A DNA stretch of 64,000 bases from an uncultured Clostridia bacterium (GTDB lineage: Bacteria; Bacillota; Clostridia; TANB77; CAG-508). Where the stretch lies: positions 414 to 64,413 of the forward strand of contig CALXKE010000010.1 of assembly GCA_944388805.1 (NCBI GenBank), read 5' to 3'. A program made the translations under genes and the position numbers. The notes beneath the pieces were generated by a model. That model searched no databases and had not been told where the DNA came from. It saw only the letters and a list, made by a program, of their open reading frames with translations. Positions 57,787 to 64,000 of the stretch are shown here, piece after piece (the stretch's first letter is position 1; each line of letters begins with the position of its first letter).

Positions 57787-58289
57787 ATGTACGACTATGT
57801 ATTACAATATGGATTTGACAAAAAACAGAACAATTTGTTAAAAGTATACAGAACTATTTAAAAGAAAATAAAATAAAAAATGAAGAAAGAAATTGGTTAC
57901 CACATGTAACAATTGATTTATATAATTGTAAAGACCAAGAAACTTTTATAAATAAATTAGATAACATTATAAAAAATATAAATCAATTTAAGATTAGGTG
58001 TATTAATTTAAATGATTTTAACGCAAAAACATTGTATATTGAACCATTTGACACAAAAGAATTTATTAGATTAAAACAACTTTTTGATCAAGAATTAGAT
58101 GAATATAGATTAGAAAATACAAGAAACAGAATATATAAACCACATATAACATTATGTACAAATGATAATATAAACCAGAATACGTATGATTTGGCACATA
58201 ATATATTTCATTCGTTTATAGGTGAGATAAAATATATATGGGTATATAATCAGAATATGGAATTGATAAAAGAATATGAATTAAAATAA
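57787..58289 (+). pseudogene. 2H phosphoesterase / LigT-like protein, frameshifted in a poly-A run
   Basis: Two HxT motifs (LPHVTIDL, KPHITLCT). The N-terminal 24 codons from ATG 57787 are in another frame. A7 instead of A6 at 57820-57825 would restore MYDYVLQYGFDKKTEQFVKSIQNYLKENK... Confidence 0.7.
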
Positions 58290-58713
58290 GGCATTAATTT
58301 ATAAAGCTAAAATATTCATATGGCAGAATGTCAACTAGCCCAATAAACTATGTCAAAATTGACTTTTCATAGGAAATCTTTTATAATAAATATCTACAAG
58401 CGTTTTAGCTTTTTACATATATTCACTTATCTACAATTGCAAGAGAAATGACAATAACAGTTCCCATAAACTGAAAAGTTCTTAAACCCCATGAATTTTT
58501 GTTCATAATGTTTTCTTCTTCCATTGCCTTGAGGCAGTCGCCTCTAATTATAAAATGATTTTGGTTCACCTTTAATTATACCATAATTTGACATAAAACT
58601 CAAATTTCACAAGAGGAGGAATTTTAATAATATAGAAAAGAATAACGGATTTATTAGTCAAAAAGTAAGACATAATAAATCCGTTTGCTTAAACGAACCC
58701 AAAATTAATTAAT

Positions 58714-58947
58714 TTAAAGTTTACTAAGTACAACTATTGCAGTTACCTCCAAGATATCATAATAGTCATACTCATTATCAACACCTGGATCATATTTTTC
58801 TTTAACTATCCGAGTGTAAACAGTAAAAACATTTTCAAGTTTATACTCGGGGTTGTCATTTAATAATTCTGTTACTTTTTCACAGAGTGGTGTAATCCCT
58901 CTTATTGTAACAGGAATGATAAGTTGATTATTGGGTTCTCTACTCAT
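58714..58947 (-). CDS. hypothetical 77-aa protein
   Basis: RBS GGAGGtac. 13-bp-stem terminator at 58644-58686. Confidence 0.5.
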   Translation of the reverse strand: MSREPNNQLIIPVTIRGITPLCEKVTELLNDNPEYKLENVFTVYTRIVKEKYDPGVDNEYDYYDILEVTAIVVLSKL

Positions 58948-59121
58948 ACTATTGTACCTCCTTATAGAGGTTCATTTAAGCTTTTCTTATTATACCATGA
59001 AAATAGTGATTTTTCAAACAATATAAGATATTAATAACAAGATGTAATTTTCTATAAATGTATAGAGTATTTTTATTTTTTATGATATATTAAAAGAAAA
59101 TAAAACTAGGAGTGTTTTGAA

Positions 59122-59784
59122 ATGAGAATTGCAATAACAGAAAGATTAGATAAAGAAGAGGAAGAAAAGCCTTTTGAAATAACATATTATTTAAATAATT
59201 ATTATAAAGAAATATTTGATAAATTAGATATATTACTTATTCCAGTAATATCTGAAAATAGATTAGAAGAAGTATGTAGCTTATGTGATGGGCTAGTTTT
59301 AACAGGAAGTAGCAATGATGTTTATCCGAAATATTATAATGAAGAACCAATAAAAGAAAGAACATATGATACATTTGACGAATACCCATTTGTAAAAAAG
59401 GCAGTAGAAATATTTAATAAAGCCAATAAACCAATTTTAGGAATATGTGCTGGAATACAAGAACTAAATGTAATATTTGGAGGAACTTTAAATCAATTAA
59501 TACCAAATCATTCATTTAAAAAGTATAATATAGATAGACATGAAATAAAAATAAAGAAAGATTCCTTTTTATACAAAGTATATAATACTGAAAATATGAA
59601 AGTAAATACTTATCATTCACAATCTGTTAAAGATGTAGCTCCAAATTTTAAAGTTACAGCTGTAAGTAATGATGGTGTAATTGAAGCAATAGAAAATGGA
59701 AATATAGTAGGAGTTCAATGGCATCCTGAAGCAATGTATGATACAAAATTATTTGGTGAATTTTTTAAAACATTTGTAAAATAA
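59122..59784 (+). CDS. class I glutamine amidotransferase / gamma-glutamyl-GABA hydrolase-like (peptidase C26)
   Basis: GICAGIQELN (nucleophile Cys), VQWHPE. 220 aa. Confidence 0.8.
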   Translation: MRIAITERLDKEEEEKPFEITYYLNNYYKEIFDKLDILLIPVISENRLEEVCSLCDGLVLTGSSNDVYPKYYNEEPIKERTYDTFDEYPFVKKAVEIFNKANKPILGICAGIQELNVIFGGTLNQLIPNHSFKKYNIDRHEIKIKKDSFLYKVYNTENMKVNTYHSQSVKDVAPNFKVTAVSNDGVIEAIENGNIVGVQWHPEAMYDTKLFGEFFKTFVK

Positions 59785-59805
59785 AATTTTAGGAGGAGCA
59801 GGTAA

Positions 59806-60303
59806 ATGCAATTTAATTTAAAAGCAACATTAGCAAAAGAAGATACAAAAGACAAATATATATTTTAGGATATAGATGGCACACTTGCACCATACAGATT
59901 TAATAATCATGTAGGAGATCCAGAAGGAACAAATAGTGGGATGTCTTTAAAAGAAATAGAAGATGGAATATTTCTACAAAGAAAACCATCTAAACATATG
60001 CAAAAAGTAATAGAAGAATGTGGTGCTAAAGAAAATATTATAATGAGTCATTGTATAAATGAAAAAGAAAAAAATGATAAAGAAAAATGGTTAGACATAT
60101 ATTATCCAAGTATTACTAAAAGAGTATTTCCAATTTATGAAAATGAATCAAAAGCAGATACAATTCTAGAATATTGTAAAAGCAATAACATTTCATTAGA
60201 TGAAGTAATATTTATAGATGATGTTATTACAATTTTAAGAGAAGCAGAGAAAAAAGGCATAAGTGCTTGGCATATAAGTAGTTTTTTAGATTGGGACTAT
60301 TGA
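59806..60303 (+). pseudogene. HAD-like hydrolase interrupted by an in-frame TAG
   Basis: ATG 59806 after aGGAGGag. Translation reads ...DKYIF*DIDGTLAPYRF..., where the stop (59866-59868) replaces the residue before HAD motif I DxDGT. It continues in frame into ORF 59941..60303 (FIDDV motif). Confidence 0.7.
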
Positions 60304-60403
60304 GTAAATATGAAGAGAATAATAAAAATTTTAGCAAAACATAGAATATTTTTTCTTATATGATGTAGTTAAGATGAAAATATTAAAAGGAGGATTTTTA
60401 AAA

Positions 60404-61099
60404 ATGAAAAAGAAGGTTTTAATCGCTATTCTTATTATTATAGTAATAGCAATTGTAGTGGTAGGATATTTTGTATTTAGTGATATGATGCAAGAAGATA
60501 AACTAAAAACAGAATTATCTGAATTACAACAACTTGTAAACACAGAAAATATTGATATGGATGCAATAAATAGCAGATTAGACAGAACTGTAACTACTGG
60601 AGATTATGCATTAGTCGAAAATGCCTTTAAATCTTATTTAAGAGATAATTTTGATAACAGTATACAAATTGCAGAAATATTAAATGACGAGAAGATTACA
60701 ACATTATTAACAGTAGAAAATTATGAAAGTGATGGAAAAGATTTTACAGAATCTAAAGAATATATTACAAATACTAGAGAAACATTAGAAGATTGTAAAA
60801 ATAAATATACAGAATTTTTTACTGAAGATAAAGCAATGTCATATATTAATAGTAAAGGACTAGATAGTTATTATATAGATTTATATAGAAATGAATTAAT
60901 GGGAGATATGGATTTAGCATCACAAGACACGACAGTTCAAGATTCAATTGATGAAGTTATATCAATATTAAATACTTCTGAAGAAGTTTTAAATTTATTA
61001 TCAGAAAATCAAGATGCTTGGGAGATTGAAGGAGAAAATATAGTATTTAATAGTGATAGTTTATCAAATAAGTATGATGAGTTAATAAATTCCTTATAA
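60404..61099 (+). CDS. membrane-anchored hypothetical protein
   Basis: Start MKKKVLIAILIIIVIAIVVVGYF after aaaGGAGGa. Helical soluble domain. Confidence 0.6.
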   Translation: MKKKVLIAILIIIVIAIVVVGYFVFSDMMQEDKLKTELSELQQLVNTENIDMDAINSRLDRTVTTGDYALVENAFKSYLRDNFDNSIQIAEILNDEKITTLLTVENYESDGKDFTESKEYITNTRETLEDCKNKYTEFFTEDKAMSYINSKGLDSYYIDLYRNELMGDMDLASQDTTVQDSIDEVISILNTSEEVLNLLSENQDAWEIEGENIVFNSDSLSNKYDELINSL

Positions 61100-61302
61100 T
61101 ATAAATTTTTGCAAAGATTAGTTTGAAATATAACTAATCTTTTTTTATGCAAAAATAGAAAAATAATATATTATTTGCTATAATAAAAGCAAAAAATCGT
61201 AAATGTTAAGCTTGGTTGACAAAGTTCCAAGGCTAGTTGGTGGTGTGCAACTAAAATTTACAGTATAATTTAATTAAGAAATTTGAAAGGAGAAAATAAA
61301 AA

Positions 61303-62079
61303 ATGACATTTGGGGAAAGATTATTTGGATACAGAACCAATATTAAAATGAGCCAAGAAAAATTGGCAGCAGAAGTAGGTGTTTCAAGACAAACAATATC
61401 TAAATGGGAAACAAATCAAAGTACACCAGACTTTGATAAAATACTACCACTTTGCAAAGCTTTAGGAATAACACCAGAAGAATTAATAACAGGAGAGATA
61501 AAACAAGTTGAAGAAGCAGAAGAAGTAAAAAAGCTAGAATTAGAAAAAACTAAAGAAGAAATTAGAAAAAAGCAGATGGAATATTCTAATAAAAGAAATA
61601 AGAAAAAGGCAATTGTATTAAGTGTAAGTATTTTTCTTTATTGTATAGCAACATTTAGTTTACCATACATGACAGAAGTATTAAAATATGAAGATGCTCA
61701 TGCTGTTATGATTTGGGCAACGCTATGTACGATTGCAACTGTAATGGTTGTATATTTCTTCATTGCATATCCAAATATTAATAAAGAATATAAAGAGAAA
61801 AAAGGAATAAAAGAAGATATTAAAGAAATAAATGATACAATAGAAGAAATTAAAAACCTAGAAGATGTTGGTGTAAAAATAGAGGCAGTGGGAGCAGAGA
61901 GCAAAACAGAGGCATTAGCAATACAAATTGTCGCAATACTATTTTTAATAATTTATCTTTTAGTAAGTGTTTTAACAAGTGCATGGCATATTACATGGAT
62001 ATTATGGATTGTTTTAATCTTTGTAGAGCTAATTGTAAAATTAATTTTTAGTATGAAAGGGGAAAAGAATGAAAAATAA
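61303..62079 (+). CDS. membrane-tethered XRE-family HTH protein
   Basis: HTH (MSQEKLAAEVGVSRQTISKWETNQSTP), charged coiled linker, then 4 TM segments. Confidence 0.75.
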   Translation: MTFGERLFGYRTNIKMSQEKLAAEVGVSRQTISKWETNQSTPDFDKILPLCKALGITPEELITGEIKQVEEAEEVKKLELEKTKEEIRKKQMEYSNKRNKKKAIVLSVSIFLYCIATFSLPYMTEVLKYEDAHAVMIWATLCTIATVMVVYFFIAYPNINKEYKEKKGIKEDIKEINDTIEEIKNLEDVGVKIEAVGAESKTEALAIQIVAILFLIIYLLVSVLTSAWHITWILWIVLIFVELIVKLIFSMKGEKNEK

Positions 62080-63076
62080 AGGAATTAAAATTACGCTTAT
62101 TATAATATTAGCAATAATAGTTATAGCATTAGTTAATTTTATGATTTATGCAATTATAAATAGAAATAATGATTATAGTGTAAAATTTTCTTTAATCTCT
62201 TTTGGTGATAATACAGAAAAAATATTTGAAAAAGAATATGAACCAGAAGAATTAGATAAAATTAATGTGGATATTTCATCATCAAATGTATTTATAGAAA
62301 AAGCAGATGTAGATAAAATAAAAGTTACAGCTTATGGAGAGAAAAATGAAAAGATAAACGAAACAATTAATAATAAAGAACTTTCAATTAAAAAAAGTAA
62401 AACAAAAGTATTTATATTCGCAATGTTTTATTGGTGTGATGAAAAAATAATAATACAAGTTCCAAATGATTGTGATGAAGAATTTAATATACAAACATCT
62501 AGTGGAGATATTATTGTACCAGATTTAGAAGGAGATAATATTCAATTAAAAACATCATCAGGAAAAATTCAATGTGGAAATATAAATAATGGAAAAATAG
62601 AAAGTTCATCAGGAGATATTTTCATTGGTAATGGAAATGAAGTAACTTTAAAAGCAAGTTCTGGAAGTATAAAAGCAGGTGATTTTAATAAATTATCAGC
62701 TGAGGCATCATCTGGTGATATTGAAGTAGGAACAATAAGTGAAGATGTAACAATAAAAACTGCATCAGGAAAAATAACACTTAACAGAGCGAATAAATTA
62801 AAAGCAGAAGCAATTTCTGGAGATATAAAAATAAATAGTATAGAAAATTATTGTGAAATATCATCAACATCTGGAAATATCATAGTTGATACAATAAATA
62901 TTACTGAAAATTCTTCAATAAAAGCTAATTCGGGTAATGTGGTTATAAATAATAAAAATGATATATATGTAGAAACTAAAACTACTTCTGGAGATGCAGA
63001 TGTTCAAAATAACAACAGAATGTCAGAGATAGTTTTAGATATAACAACTACATCTGGAAATATTAAGGTAAATTAA
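62069..63076 (+). CDS. DUF4097-like beta-helix (putative adhesin) protein
   Basis: N-terminal TM, then repeated SSGDI / SSGKI / SSGSI / TSGNI units. Overlaps the upstream HTH gene by 11 nt. Confidence 0.7.
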   Translation: MKNKGIKITLIIILAIIVIALVNFMIYAIINRNNDYSVKFSLISFGDNTEKIFEKEYEPEELDKINVDISSSNVFIEKADVDKIKVTAYGEKNEKINETINNKELSIKKSKTKVFIFAMFYWCDEKIIIQVPNDCDEEFNIQTSSGDIIVPDLEGDNIQLKTSSGKIQCGNINNGKIESSSGDIFIGNGNEVTLKASSGSIKAGDFNKLSAEASSGDIEVGTISEDVTIKTASGKITLNRANKLKAEAISGDIKINSIENYCEISSTSGNIIVDTINITENSSIKANSGNVVINNKNDIYVETKTTSGDADVQNNNRMSEIVLDITTTSGNIKVN

Positions 63077-63092
63077 AGAAAGGGTGAGAATT

Positions 63093-63530
63093 ATGAAAAA
63101 AATAATACCTTTTGTTATAATTGTTTTAATTGTAGTGATTGGAGTAATAATCTTTTTAGTTTTAAACAATTCAAAAGATTCAAGTGAATTAGAAGAAAGT
63201 ATAGGAAAAGCACAGTTGGTAGAAGTGTATGATTACAATACAAACGAATTGCTTAAAACCTATGAAAATAAAGAAGATATTGAGAGTTTAATCAATAATT
63301 TAGGATTAGATAAATGGAAACTAGATAAAGAACCTAATGATGATACAAAAAAATATTTATTAAAAATGTATCAAGAACCAACCAAAACAGTAGTAGAAAA
63401 TAGTAATAATGAAATGGAAGAAGTAGCAAATATTGTAGTATATGCTTCAGGGGAATATGTAGAATTTTCTGCAATGGGAATGGAAATGTTATTTAAAACA
63501 AATAAAAATATAATATATTTATTTGAATGA
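63093..63530 (+). CDS. membrane-anchored hypothetical protein
   Basis: MKKIIPFVIIVLIVVIGVIIFLVL anchor. 145 aa. Confidence 0.55.
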   Translation: MKKIIPFVIIVLIVVIGVIIFLVLNNSKDSSELEESIGKAQLVEVYDYNTNELLKTYENKEDIESLINNLGLDKWKLDKEPNDDTKKYLLKMYQEPTKTVVENSNNEMEEVANIVVYASGEYVEFSAMGMEMLFKTNKNIIYLFE

Positions 63531-63555
63531 TATTAGAAAGTGAGATGTAGTTATA

Positions 63556-64000
63556 ATGAAAAAAGATAGTAAAAGTTTAATTATTTTTGCTATATTTGTA
63601 ATAATTTTTTTAGGAATTTTTAGTACATTATATTATTTATATAAGAATAACATATTTCTAACAATTTTGATGTTGACACCAGCTTTAAGTGTTGTATTGA
63701 CAAAAATAATTTGCAAAGAAAATTTTAAAGACTTATATTTAAAACCTAATTTTAAGAAAAATAAAAAATGGTATTTTTCTGCATATATATTGACTCCAGT
63801 TATTGCTTATTTAGGAGCTTTAATATATTTTATGATATTTAGAAGTGATTTTGATTTATTTGGCTCAAGCTATGCTATGGATGTTGGTGTAACAAGTCAA
63901 AATGAATATATATCTAATTTATTAGTAATGATTTTATTAGCAATATTAGTCAATCCTATAATGGGAATAGTACAATGTTTTGGAGAAGAACTTGCTTGGA
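63556..64000 (+). CDS. CPBP-family intramembrane glutamic endopeptidase (CAAX protease-like), 3' end cut by window edge
   Basis: Not in the ORF track (open at the edge). MKKDSKSLIIFAIFVIIFLG..., multiple TMs. The window ends in CFGEELAW, the CPBP EExxxR motif 1. Confidence 0.7.
   Translation, partial: MKKDSKSLIIFAIFVIIFLGIFSTLYYLYKNNIFLTILMLTPALSVVLTKIICKENFKDLYLKPNFKKNKKWYFSAYILTPVIAYLGALIYFMIFRSDFDLFGSSYAMDVGVTSQNEYISNLLVMILLAILVNPIMGIVQCFGEELAW

Noticed and set aside
59866-59868. Alternative genetic code (TAG reassignment) suggested by the in-frame TAG
   Set aside because: TAG is used as an ordinary terminator elsewhere (for example the response regulator stop at 30144-30146 and the tgt stop at 10946-10948). 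All large housekeeping ORFs are intact under code 11. No pyl genes were seen in the window.

Overview
Low-GC (by eye about 30% G+C) Firmicutes-type chromosomal segment with Clostridia/Erysipelotrichia-like gene content. It is mostly housekeeping: dapB-dapA, queA/tgt, a partial type II fatty-acid synthesis operon (fabH-fabD-fabG ... fabF-accB-fabZ), pfk, an Fe-alcohol dehydrogenase, T-box-controlled valS, a PBP5-type carboxypeptidase, a Bce-like two-component/ABC module, a radical-SAM DNA-repair pair with a LexA-like operator, an FtsZ homologue, rpmE, miaB, mutS, a beta-glucan hydrolase pair and a Y-family polymerase/YolD pair. A patch of small accessory and decayed genes lies at 55.8-60.3 kb. 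I saw no rRNA or tRNA genes, CRISPR arrays, transposases, integrases or recognisable defence systems. The unusual content is non-coding. (1) A modular intergenic repeat family (here R1) has at least 4 copies and fills several gaps of the fab operon. (2) A second family (here G) consists of hairpins with different stems that all present a GGGGACG[G/T] loop. Most start at or within about 5 nt of a stop codon, they bracket the HK/ABC module, and one forms a 54-bp-arm palindrome. (3) A series of unique 90-225 nt imperfect palindromes follows stop codons; one pairs almost perfectly only as minus-strand RNA through G-U wobbles. Also notable: a tail-less, stand-alone FtsZ homologue next to a tandem-OB protein; a GC-richer 49-codon Cys/His/Arg-rich ORF with its own promoter; and several frameshifted or nonsense genes, two of them at poly-A runs. 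All calls come from reading the sequence and ORF translations. No database search was run, and start codons are best guesses from RBS context.
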